IMG/VR virus record: IMGVR_UViG_3300033068_001557 | Source of the DNA: an uncultured virus (IMG/VR IMGVR_UViG_3300033068_001557) | Lineage: Duplodnaviria > Heunggongvirae > Uroviricota > Caudoviricetes | DNA: 64,000 bases | Direction: 5' to 3' (one strand) | Shown: positions 49,529 to 57,990 of the stretch, in pieces | Numbering within the stretch: position 1 is the first letter of the stretch | How the letters are laid out: each line of letters begins with the position of its first letter | Program-made: the position numbers and the translations under genes | Notes under the pieces: model-generated | What the model saw: the letters and a program-made list of their open reading frames with translations, nothing else | The model's database searches: none | Told to the model about the DNA's origin: nothing

Positions 49529-50124
49529 TAAATTTCTCCTTTTTCTGATTTAGATTCTTGTCTATTTCCTTTTAATTGAGATTTAGATTTTTCTGCAAAA
49601 AATTCATTTTCAATTAGTTTAAAATTATCCATAATTGATTTGGTTGCTTTGTGCATTGTATCTAATTGTTTAGCTGTTCCAGGCAGAGTTACTCTCATAG
49701 CTCTTTGCCCTACAGTTACCAGTTCATATTTATCTAAAGTATATTCTTGTTCTTTAATAAAAGTTGCTCTTTTAATAAGCATTTCTTTTTCATCTTTTAA
49801 TGCTCTTTGAACTGAAGTAAGACATTCCATAGGGTATGCTTCTAAACATTGTTTTGTTAATTCTTCTTCTTTATCAAATAAAGGATGAAAAGTTTCTTGT
49901 AACATTTCATATCTTTCTTTTTCAGGTATTCTAAAAAATTTATTTGTTTCTTCATCAGGGTCTGTCATAAATACAATACACCACATTGTTTTTGATGAAT
50001 TTTCTTTATCTAATGAATCATCTTCCTTATATAAATTTGCAAATGGTTTATAAAATTTTAACTGAGGATTCAGTTTCCAAAAATTTGCATTTTCATAAAA
50101 TATTGTTCCTTCTACTAATGCCAT
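49528..50124 (-). CDS. Conserved protein coupled to terL (candidate small terminase or packaging factor)
   Basis: Stop overlaps the terL start; likely start MALVEG at 50124; function inferred from position only. Confidence 0.5.
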   Translation of the reverse strand: MALVEGTIFYENANFWKLNPQLKFYKPFANLYKEDDSLDKENSSKTMWCIVFMTDPDEETNKFFRIPEKERYEMLQETFHPLFDKEEELTKQCLEAYPMECLTSVQRALKDEKEMLIKRATFIKEQEYTLDKYELVTVGQRAMRVTLPGTAKQLDTMHKATKSIMDNFKLIENEFFAEKSKSQLKGNRQESKSEKGEI

Positions 50125-50126
50125 AA

Positions 50127-50429
50127 TTATATATTTTCCCAAAGTCCACGAGGACATTGACATTCTTTACAAAGTGATTTTGCTGCAAGATTACACCCAC
50201 ATCCATTTACTACTTGACCTGTTATTCTATTTTCATTTAAATCTTTATAAAAGAAATTCTTTACAACAACACTTTGTTTTTTTCTTGAACAACTATTATC
50301 TGTTCTTAATGAACAAGTATGACAAAGTAATAACCTTTGTGTAGATATTTTTTTTTCTTCTTCTGTGAGAAGATTAAATTTATCTTTAATTACATTTCCC
50401 CATCCTTCAAAGATATTTGATATTGACAT
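50127..50429 (-). CDS. Cys-rich Zn-binding protein
   Basis: RLLLCHTC...C...GCGCNLAAK...CPRGLW. Confidence 0.7.
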   Translation of the reverse strand: MSISNIFEGWGNVIKDKFNLLTEEEKKISTQRLLLCHTCSLRTDNSCSRKKQSVVVKNFFYKDLNENRITGQVVNGCGCNLAAKSLCKECQCPRGLWENI

Positions 50430-50755
50430 TGATATTTAATTAATTGTTCTACTAAATAATCTAATAAATAAGCTACTACTTCTTCTTCTTGTTTAGCACC
50501 TATATCTCGTAATAATTTTCTTATACAATGATATGCTTCATGTGCTAAAATATTTACTTGTGAATTTGGCTTTATGAAAATATATGAATATAATGTTCCT
50601 CCATCACAATGTAATCCTAAAGGTTCTTCTAAATAATTAGCTTCTTCTAATTTATATTTTTTATTTTTTCTTTCTTCTAAAATATTATTTGTTATTATAA
50701 CATAACATGTGTAGCGAAATGGTTTTATTTTAATTGCTTTCTTAAATATTTTCAT
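50390..50755 (-). CDS. Small zincin-like metallopeptidase
   Basis: ILAHEAYH...EEEVVAYLL (HExxH plus downstream E). Confidence 0.7.
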   Translation of the reverse strand: MKIFKKAIKIKPFRYTCYVIITNNILEERKNKKYKLEEANYLEEPLGLHCDGGTLYSYIFIKPNSQVNILAHEAYHCIRKLLRDIGAKQEEEVVAYLLDYLVEQLIKYQCQYQISLKDGEM

Positions 50756-50853
50756 TTTGGAAATATTTTTGTAGCTATAAACAGTATGAATATTAAAAAT
50801 AATACTGATAAAACTATTATTATATTTATTAAAAGTTTAAATAATTTATACAT
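50752..50853 (-). CDS. 33-aa single-TM peptide
   Basis: MYKLFKLLINIIIVLSVLFLIFILFIATKIFPK*; ATGA overlap with the next gene, but starts only 2 nt after the tRNA. Confidence 0.4.
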   Translation of the reverse strand: MYKLFKLLINIIIVLSVLFLIFILFIATKIFPK

Positions 50854-50854
50854 G

Positions 50855-50927
50855 TAGCGGGAGGTGGATTTGAACCACCGACTTTCAGCTTATGAAACTG
50901 CCGAGCTACCAACTGCTCCATCCCGCT
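50855..50927 (-). tRNA. tRNA with CAT anticodon (Met)
   Basis: AGCGGGA/TCCCGCT acceptor stem, GAGC/GCTC D stem, TTCATAA loop, GGTGG-TTCAAAT-CCACC T arm; CCA not encoded. Confidence 0.9.
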
Positions 50928-50935
50928 ATCTGGAA

Positions 50936-51592
50936 TTATACTATAATTCCACTTTTTATTTGTGAATATTCTTTTATCTTTGTATATTCTTCTATTGAAA
51001 AATCTTTAATGATTGAAGAAATATGTCCTTGCTTAATCAGAATATAACCTAATTGAGAGAAAGGAACATCTTCATCACAATCTCTGAAAAAACCATGAGG
51101 AAGATATTGAATGGTTTCACCATATACTTTTGTCATTGATTGTTCAGGAGATATCTGTACAATTGTTCCTTTTGGAAACTTTGTTTCAAATAGCTTATCA
51201 GCATTTACAATTATACCTATAAAATGAAAAGCAAGTTCATCTACCACTTCTTTAAAAGCACCATTTCTTAATTGTACTTGAATGGTAGGTGTTTTTTGTA
51301 TACCAAATTTAGTGAAGATTGGTTTTTTAAATAACCTTACCAGAATATCACCACTAACAAGTTCAATTCCTTCAGAATATCTTGGATTTATTTCCATAAC
51401 ATTCTTGTTATATTTAACCCATCTTTCTTTCTGCCTGTCTTCCAATAGTGTTGATTTATCTACTCCTAAAATAGGATTTTCTTTTTCAGTTATAATGCCT
51501 GATTCTGTTGTTTGAAGACTTGATTCTGCTGCTATATCTTTGAACACCAAGTCATTCATTGTTTTCTTCTTTACTGTTTTATCTAATGTCAT
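50936..51592 (-). CDS. Hypothetical protein, possible GroES-like fold
   Basis: GDILVRLF...GIIVNA...KGTIVQ pattern; weak resemblance. Confidence 0.45.
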   Translation of the reverse strand: MTLDKTVKKKTMNDLVFKDIAAESSLQTTESGIITEKENPILGVDKSTLLEDRQKERWVKYNKNVMEINPRYSEGIELVSGDILVRLFKKPIFTKFGIQKTPTIQVQLRNGAFKEVVDELAFHFIGIIVNADKLFETKFPKGTIVQISPEQSMTKVYGETIQYLPHGFFRDCDEDVPFSQLGYILIKQGHISSIIKDFSIEEYTKIKEYSQIKSGIIV

Positions 51593-51593
51593 T

Positions 51594-51800
51594 TTATTTG
51601 CTTTTTAAATCATTTATTCTCATATTCAATACTCTTCTATAAGCCAACATACAACTATGTTGTAATGCTAATAATTCAAATTGATATACTCCTACTTTTT
51701 CTACAAATCTTGGTGATTCAATTGCTTTTATTAATCCTGTTATTTTTTCTCCTAATTCTTTTTCTTCCTGAATTAGTCTTTCTAAAAATGTTTGTTCCAT
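51594..51800 (-). CDS. Small helical-hairpin protein (crAss001_48-like)
   Basis: FLERLIQEEKEL..KI..L...Q..LLALQ...M.AY..VL..RI pattern. Confidence 0.7.
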   Translation of the reverse strand: MEQTFLERLIQEEKELGEKITGLIKAIESPRFVEKVGVYQFELLALQHSCMLAYRRVLNMRINDLKSK

Positions 51801-51817
51801 TATTGTTTTGTTTTTTA

Positions 51818-52072
51818 TTATTTATCATTCCAAGTAATTGCTTTTACTGCCCACATTTGAGAAGTTTGTAATTCTGTTATTGCAATACTGCACAATCTTT
51901 GTCCTTCACTTCCTTTTCCATCATGTAATGTATTCTGACTTTTTCTTAAATCATCCATAATATCAATAAGTTGTGCTGATAATTTTTTAATTTTTTCTAC
52001 GTCTGGATTTCCACCAGGATTAAACGACAATCCTACTGCTTTTTCACCATATGTTAATTGTTTTTCTTCCAT
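51818..52072 (-). CDS. Acb2/Tad1-like nucleotide-signal sponge protein (putative anti-defence)
   Basis: FNP...VEKIKKLSAQLID...RLCSIAITELQTSQMWAVKAIT helical hairpin resembling the Acb2/Tad1 C-terminal motif. Confidence 0.65.
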   Translation of the reverse strand: MEEKQLTYGEKAVGLSFNPGGNPDVEKIKKLSAQLIDIMDDLRKSQNTLHDGKGSEGQRLCSIAITELQTSQMWAVKAITWNDK

Positions 52073-52074
52073 TA

Positions 52075-52374
52075 TTATTTTGTTTTTTCTTTTAATGATA
52101 AAATTCTTTTAAATTCATCTAATTTTTCTTTTCTTATTCTTGTATTTCCTTGTTTTTCATCAATATGATTTAATAATCTTTTGATTTTTTTCTCTTTAGG
52201 TGAGAATATTCCAAAGCTGTTAATCATTAATTTCCATGTTTTAGGAGTAATTACATACTCTCTTATACTAGCCCACATGTGATTAATAACAAACTTTACT
52301 AATTCTTCTGATTTACCTGTTCTTTCTGCTACAATTTTAAAGATATCTGATTGTTGTAAATGTTTATTTTCCAT
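52075..52374 (-). CDS. HU/IHF-like DNA-binding protein
   Basis: IFKIVAERTGKSEELVKFVI...LMINSFGIFSPK. Confidence 0.65.
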   Translation of the reverse strand: MENKHLQQSDIFKIVAERTGKSEELVKFVINHMWASIREYVITPKTWKLMINSFGIFSPKEKKIKRLLNHIDEKQGNTRIRKEKLDEFKRILSLKEKTK

Positions 52375-52594
52375 AATGAGTTTCTACAATTTTATCATTT
52401 ACTGTTATTTTACAACTATGATATACTTTTAATTCATCTAAAAAATCTAATCCTAAATATTCTTTTAAATCTGCAAGGTCTTCAAGTGTCATAAATAATA
52501 ATCGTGGTTCTACTTTCTTTTCATGTTTAAATTCTTTTAATTTTAATTCAAGATAATCTGTTATATGTATTGTTCTATTGTTTAGTGTTTTCAT
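52364..52594 (-). CDS. Hypothetical protein
   Basis: ORF overlapping the next gene in the operon. Confidence 0.6.
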   Translation of the reverse strand: MKTLNNRTIHITDYLELKLKEFKHEKKVEPRLLFMTLEDLADLKEYLGLDFLDELKVYHSCKITVNDKIVETHYGK

Positions 52595-52595
52595 G

Positions 52596-52745
52596 TTAAT
52601 TTACTTTAAACTCTATTGTATCATCTTCGTTTACAAATAAAAACAAATCATTTATTTTTTCTTCTGTCATCTGAACACCATCTTTTGAAATTGGCATTTG
52701 AGATTGTACATAATTTAATGCTTCAAAGTATGTTAATTCTTCCAT
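52596..52745 (-). CDS. 49-aa hypothetical protein
   Basis: MEELTYFEALNYVQSQMPISKDG...IEFKVN*; fills the gap exactly; not in the track. Confidence 0.55.
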   Translation of the reverse strand: MEELTYFEALNYVQSQMPISKDGVQMTEEKINDLFLFVNEDDTIEFKVN

Positions 52746-53179
52746 TACTTCTTAATTTGAATACTGTATAAAATGTCAATTGGTATCTCACCTTTTTCTT
52801 TTAACTTGGTTTTTATATAACCTTGAAGCTTTTTTAATTGTTGATTAATTGAGTATTCACCATTAACTAAATCATCTTCAGATTTATAAAAGATACCTGC
52901 TTTTAAGAGTGGAACAACTATTCTTGTATGAACATTATTACCTGTTAATTTGTAACCTAAAGTGCCTAATTTATCAGCTAACTGTTTTCTTTGAGATGAT
53001 TTTACAGGGGATTTATAATAATCTCCTGACATAATACAAGCAATGCTATCCAGTTCAAATTCTGAAAATCTTTCATGTTTTGGTTTGTTAAAGTTCCAAG
53101 TATGAAAGTATAATTTCCAAAAATTGAATTCATCCACTACTCGTTTATATTCAATTTTTATATTTTTTTCTTTTTCCAT
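52745..53179 (-). CDS. Hypothetical protein, possible winged-helix DNA binder
   Basis: First gene of the minus-strand operon; RKQLADKL...NNVHTRIVVPLLKAGIF. Confidence 0.6.
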   Translation of the reverse strand: MEKEKNIKIEYKRVVDEFNFWKLYFHTWNFNKPKHERFSEFELDSIACIMSGDYYKSPVKSSQRKQLADKLGTLGYKLTGNNVHTRIVVPLLKAGIFYKSEDDLVNGEYSINQQLKKLQGYIKTKLKEKGEIPIDILYSIQIKK

Positions 53180-53199
53180 TTTATTGTTTTGTTGTAATG

Positions 53200-53207
53200 C
53201 AAATATA
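53200..53207 (-). promoter_or_regulatory. Bacteroidota sigma70 -7 element
   Basis: TATATTTG upstream of 52745..53179, adjacent to hairpin AATACCTGC/GCAGGTATT. Confidence 0.6.
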
Positions 53208-54026
53208 GAAATACCTGCGTTTATAGCAGGTATTATAATTATTTATTTTAATTAAAAAGGTAATTTATTTTTTCATTTTTGATTATTTTCTTTTTACTTT
53301 TTCTTTATAGTTCATTTGTTTTTAGTTATAGTATTCCCCTTAAAGAACCTTTCTTCTTTTAAAAATACAGTTACCTATATTCTATTTTAACCTTTATATT
53401 TCAATTAAACTGTACGTTGTTAAGATTTTATTCTTAATACACCCTCATGGAAGCCAAAAATTCTTGTTAACTCAAGACACATTTACCTTTGTGTTATGCT
53501 CCACCTTTAATCTTATAATTAAGGTCATTTTTATCAATTATGGGAGAAAACAAATTTCAAGATGACAGTAAATATTTATTTGTAAATTACATATTCTACT
53601 CACTCTACTCTTCCAACCCCACGTCTACTTCCATAAGTTTCAGAGACTTTTAACTGTTTTCTTATGGAAGGTAAATCTTTTGATTTAATTGATGTGTAAA
53701 GATAATACATTATTCTTGAGTTTTGCACTTTTTAATGTTAAAAAATAATTAAAAATGAAGGTTGATTGTGGTAATAGTTTGAGAGTCAAGTGCTTGGGAG
53801 TTAAAATAAGTTTTAAAAAAAGTAAAATCTTTTAATGGATGATGTTCTTTTTTGTGGTTGGAGGTTTGAGTGTCAAATTTTTTTAAATAAATCGGATATT
53901 TTCCGATTAAGTATAAAATATTTTTCAATTTTTTTTGGAATTTTTTAAAAAAAGTTTTGAGAGTGTTGCACGTGTTAGTACCCCATAACCACCCCCCTAC
54001 CTAAAATTAACTAAATTAATATACCT

Positions 54027-54350
54027 ATGGCAAGATTTAAATTAGCTAATGGAGACGTATTTGAAAACGTTATTAGCATGGAAAAATTCAAACAGTTGAA
54101 CAACTGTAGAGTTAAACTGATGGTTAAAACATTACAGAAAGATGGAACTAAGTTGAAAAAAGGTGAAAAAACAGCATTCGCTGTTTTGAAACTGGAAGAT
54201 GGAACTGCTGAAAGCATTGCTGTAAGTAGAAATCTGATTGAAGCCATTGAGAAAAACAATGTGCCATCAGATTTATCCGTTGGTATGCTGAAAGGAACTA
54301 CAACTGAAGTTGTATTTGCTGAGGCAGTAGAAAGAGGTGTGTTTGTATAA
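54027..54350 (+). CDS. Hypothetical protein, first plus-strand gene
   Basis: 107-aa ORF after the strand switch. Confidence 0.7.
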   Translation: MARFKLANGDVFENVISMEKFKQLNNCRVKLMVKTLQKDGTKLKKGEKTAFAVLKLEDGTAESIAVSRNLIEAIEKNNVPSDLSVGMLKGTTTEVVFAEAVERGVFV

Positions 54351-54661
54351 ACACATCTGTCTCTATATCGTTAAATAACCCCAGTCTACTGATTGGAGTT
54401 GTTTGATTGTTTACTGTTACCTAAATGTATAACCTTAAATGATTTTGTATATAGATATTATTGGTCTGGAATTAGTCATCAACTAATGCTTTTAGCTTAG
54501 TCATGTGAGGTAGTTTATTCATTCCCATCAATAATGTCTTAATGAGGAGAGTGCTTGGTAGGTGTTAGCTCTCCTCTCACAAAAGACATACACCTAAGCA
54601 AGTGTATAAACTGCTTTAATTTTTATAAATAATACATTATTAATCAACTAAATAAAATAAC

Positions 54662-54964
54662 ATGATTTGGATAACATCAGAAAGAAAAAATATTCCTATA
54701 TCTCAAATGGATAGCACACATTTAGAGAATACTATTAATTGGATAACTGAAAATAACAGACCTTCCTGTATAATTAATAATCATGAAGCTATTGTTTGGA
54801 TAAAAGCAATGTCTAAAGAACTAATCAATAGAGAAATAGCTGTTATGAAGAATAATATAGCTGAATTAAGAAAGCAAAATTTAGAATTATTAGCTAAATA
54901 TAATAAAGAAGTTGAGGAATTAGCTTTATTTGAAGCTGCTAATAATGTATTGGATAGATTTTAA
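54662..54964 (+). CDS. Hypothetical protein
   Basis: W...IPISQMDSTHLENTI motif plus coiled coil; A-rich leader. Confidence 0.7.
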   Translation: MIWITSERKNIPISQMDSTHLENTINWITENNRPSCIINNHEAIVWIKAMSKELINREIAVMKNNIAELRKQNLELLAKYNKEVEELALFEAANNVLDRF

Positions 54965-55446
54965 AATATATCTCCAAAGTGAGTAGTTATTTAAAGAGAT
55001 TAATAACTACATGAATAAAGGATAGCTCATATTAAAACTAGAATATAAATGAAGAATTTATATTAGAGGAGTACACTTCAGCTTAATGTAGCTGCCACTT
55101 TATTTTTTTGTATAAAAAACAAGGAATAACAATCAGCGTTTGTTTTTAGTAAATATATTTCTGTCATTTTATATGACAGGATATCTGTTGATTTTTGAGT
55201 GTGTGGAAGTTGAGATGATAGAAATATTGTCTCAACTTATTGTTATTCAATGTGTTGTAAGTGTTTTATGGAGTGTTGGATGAATGACATATTGTCTGGT
55301 ATGTACACCACCCCACATTTTATCATTAAATCAATTCTATAAAATCTGACCTAATGTCAGTAAATATATATCACAATTATAAAAAACTCAATAACATTCC
55401 AAGATGTTGAGGACACCAGTTTCTTTGATATATTAACAATGTAATG

Positions 55447-55578
55447 CTTACACAGCCAGACTTTTGAAAAAGTCATAGTAAGAAATATTACAGTTAATGC
55501 AAGGTCGGTCTTATACTCCTTAGCTTAATTAGCTGAAACTCTGATGTTGTGCAGATATGTGCAAAGGAAGCTGTTAAG
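55447..55578 (+). ncRNA. Candidate small structured RNA (multi-stem junction)
   Basis: Closing CTTA-c-ACAGC/GCTGT-TAAG; internal hairpins GACTTT/AAAGTC, GTAA/TTAC, TAGCT/AGCTG, TTGTGCA/TGTGCAA; no ORF. Confidence 0.4.
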
Positions 55579-55674
55579 GTAGTAAGAATGAAAATACAAT
55601 AGAAAACTCTTGTTGTACTATATCAAAGTTTTAGGTGTAAAACACAATTTTCTTAACTCTCTAAATAAAAAACA

Positions 55675-55863
55675 ATGGAAAAAATAGATTTGACTCCAGA
55701 AGAATACTCTGCATTGATAACTAATTACCCAGAAAAACACCAATTGTATTATATTTGGGTAGGTATTTTAGCTTGTAGAGGATATAAAATTCCTTTTACA
55801 TTATCTGAATTAAACGTAAAACATATTTCTAATAAAAGCTATTTAGTAAATGTAAAAAAATAA
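55675..55863 (+). CDS. Hypothetical protein
   Basis: 62-aa ORF with A-rich leader. Confidence 0.55.
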   Translation: MEKIDLTPEEYSALITNYPEKHQLYYIWVGILACRGYKIPFTLSELNVKHISNKSYLVNVKK

Positions 55864-55942
55864 ACTTTTAGAGAGTCTGGCTGAGATAATATCAAAGCTG
55901 GACTCTATAAAAATTGTTAACTCTCTAAAAAATCAAAACATT

Positions 55943-56287
55943 ATGGAACAATATCACATTTTTCACAGTAAACCTAATGAATTCATGTTTACTGAAACAG
56001 AAATCCAACCAAGAGAATATGTTGGATTTGTTAATGCTAATTCTATTGAAGAAGCATTTAAACTATCACAAAACATTGAATCAAATTGGAATCCAACTAA
56101 TCCTTGTAGAAGTACAAGTGTTGGGGATGTAATTCAAGAAGATGATAAATTTTTCATGGTTTGTAGTGTAGGTTTTAAAGAACTTCGTACAGAAGAAGAA
56201 ATAGCTAAAGATTTAGACATTGAAGAAATGTATGAAGATTTGGCTACTATAGCTGATAAGGAAGAAGAATCTAAATATCAACAATAA
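55943..56287 (+). CDS. YodL-like domain protein
   Basis: EEAFKLSQN...RSTSVGDVI...FMVCSVGFKE pattern. Confidence 0.55.
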   Translation: MEQYHIFHSKPNEFMFTETEIQPREYVGFVNANSIEEAFKLSQNIESNWNPTNPCRSTSVGDVIQEDDKFFMVCSVGFKELRTEEEIAKDLDIEEMYEDLATIADKEEESKYQQ

Positions 56288-56299
56288 AATCAATTAAGT

Positions 56300-56458
56300 A
56301 TGAAAAAGTTATTCCTTGATACAATACAAGAAGTAGAGAATTTAAAATCTTTACTTAAATGTGATAAAGTAACTTATCATTATCTAAAGATGAAAGGACA
56401 ATATTTATTTAAATATCCTTCTGATTTAGAAGAAAAAGTACATGATTTAGGTTATTAA
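56300..56458 (+). CDS. 52-aa hypothetical protein
   Basis: MKKLFLDTIQEVENLKSLL...VHDLGY*; not in the track. Confidence 0.5.
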   Translation: MKKLFLDTIQEVENLKSLLKCDKVTYHYLKMKGQYLFKYPSDLEEKVHDLGY

Positions 56459-56524
56459 AACCACATCAATCATAGTATAAAAATAAATGTCAGTTTGTTT
56501 GAGCCTTGTTCTGACTTTAAACTC

Positions 56525-57542
56525 GTGAAGGCATTCTATCCAGTAAGCTACTGGCGGTGGTTCACCATACTAGACAAGTGAATATTTTTATCAAGTTAGA
56601 AAACTTGGTTACTGTAGCAATACAGTATATAATTAGGGTGAGAATCCCTGAAGTTTATCAGTTTATATGGCTTATATCTTGTCTTGAACAAGTATTAGTG
56701 CGACAAAACTGTTTGGCAGGTTTCTTGTCATTAGAATAACCTATGAATTCATAAGTAGGGAAAGTATTATGAACACCATGTCATAATGCACTGAAAGAGT
56801 AATTTTTCAGGTCATATGAAAACCAATATAATATCTACATTATGTAGTAACTGAATGCCCAGCAAGCTGAAAGTGAATGTAATGTAGACTTGGGACTGAC
56901 CATCTTGAGTTGAGTGGTAACACAATAAGAATTATATTGATTTGACTCCAAAAACTCCTTAGCCAGAGTTATAGAGTCATTTACAATACATTGTATTTCC
57001 TATGTAGCTTTTACCAAAAAGCTCATGAGTGTGGTAACTCATTAGAAATAGTAGGATAGGTAGAAATACTGATAAATTCAATGTAAAGAGTAAGTATTCT
57101 TGGCAGAAGAAAGCACGAGGTTGTCGTAGTTAAACCATTCAAAAGATGGCAAACTAACAAGACAAACTACAACCTTAACACGGTTTGGTATAAATAATAC
57201 ATTATATTATTAACACCAATTATTCTAAGATAATAAAGCAAAAGTGTTTGTCACACATAGAACAAAATAACCTTATCCTGCTGTAATATGTAGGTAATAG
57301 AGTCTCGCAAGGAATCTATTAAGGTGAAATGGATTATCATTCTAAGTGCAGGGATGTACTGAAGCTTTCCAAAGCAGATGGTAAAAAAGAGTAATCTATA
57401 ACTCTATGTGTAGTGTTTGTAAGTTTTATAAACTTATGGTTATGTCTGTTACCTATTAGAAATAATAGGTGTGATTAAGTCTTGAAAAAGACGAAAATGC
57501 AGATAGTAAAGGTCAAATCTCAGCCTTCACCCTTAAAAGGGT
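56525..57542 (+). ncRNA. Candidate large (~1 kb) structured non-coding RNA, possibly GOLLD/ROOL-class
   Basis: No credible ORF; GTGAAGGC (56525-56532) pairs with GCCTTCAC (57523-57530); many hairpins, several capped by GNRA tetraloops on the plus strand. Confidence 0.7.
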
Positions 57543-57567
57543 ATTTTATAATTTAAAACCACTCAAC

Positions 57568-57786
57568 ATGAAAAATTTAATTATATTAATATTGTTATTT
57601 ACTGCTTGTAAAAAAGAAAAATACACAGCAGATAACTGTCCTGCAAGAAATGCAAGATATTTTTATTACAACGATAACACAACTGAAACTTGTTGTGCAA
57701 AAAGTATTAGTCCTTGTGATGCTAAAACAATACAAGAATTTAAAAATAACTGTCCTTCAGGATGGGTTGTTAAATATGCACCTTAA
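57568..57786 (+). CDS. Small Cys-rich lipoprotein
   Basis: MKNLIILILLFTA-CKKEK lipobox; five further Cys residues. Confidence 0.7.
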   Translation: MKNLIILILLFTACKKEKYTADNCPARNARYFYYNDNTTETCCAKSISPCDAKTIQEFKNNCPSGWVVKYAP

Positions 57787-57990
57787 ATTTATTATTCATT
57801 ATAAATCAACAGATTATGAAAAAAAATCAGTATCAAGCACATCTTACAGCTATGTTATTAGCAGGAGCTACTGTTTGGCATTTTTAAAATGCAATCTCTT
57901 TTTCAAGCGTACTTGTACAATGCTTAGTTTTGTGAGCGATAATCAAAACTTCTATTTTTTATTCAATATGTCACAATATAAAATCAACAC

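Noticed and set aside
7923..51871. Plus-strand ORFs in the track within the late region (e.g. 7923..8291, 12918..13136, 33527..33892, 40642..40935, 41281..41601, 46453..46824)
   Set aside because: They are antisense shadows of well-supported minus-strand genes with biased Ser/Leu/Phe composition
55654..55929. Repeated TTAACTCTCTAAA before two early ORFs as a vRNAP promoter
   Set aside because: There are only two copies, and one is also a hairpin arm pairing with TTTTAGAGAGT; insufficient evidence
56557..56739. 60-aa GTG-start ORF
   Set aside because: It lies inside the structured RNA candidate, lacks the A-rich leader of real genes here and has atypical composition
56525..57542. Group I or group II intron interpretation of the large structured region
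   Set aside because: The flanking ORFs are complete and unrelated, and I could not find a GUGYG start, domain V or the group I P7 core by eye; cmscan would be decisive
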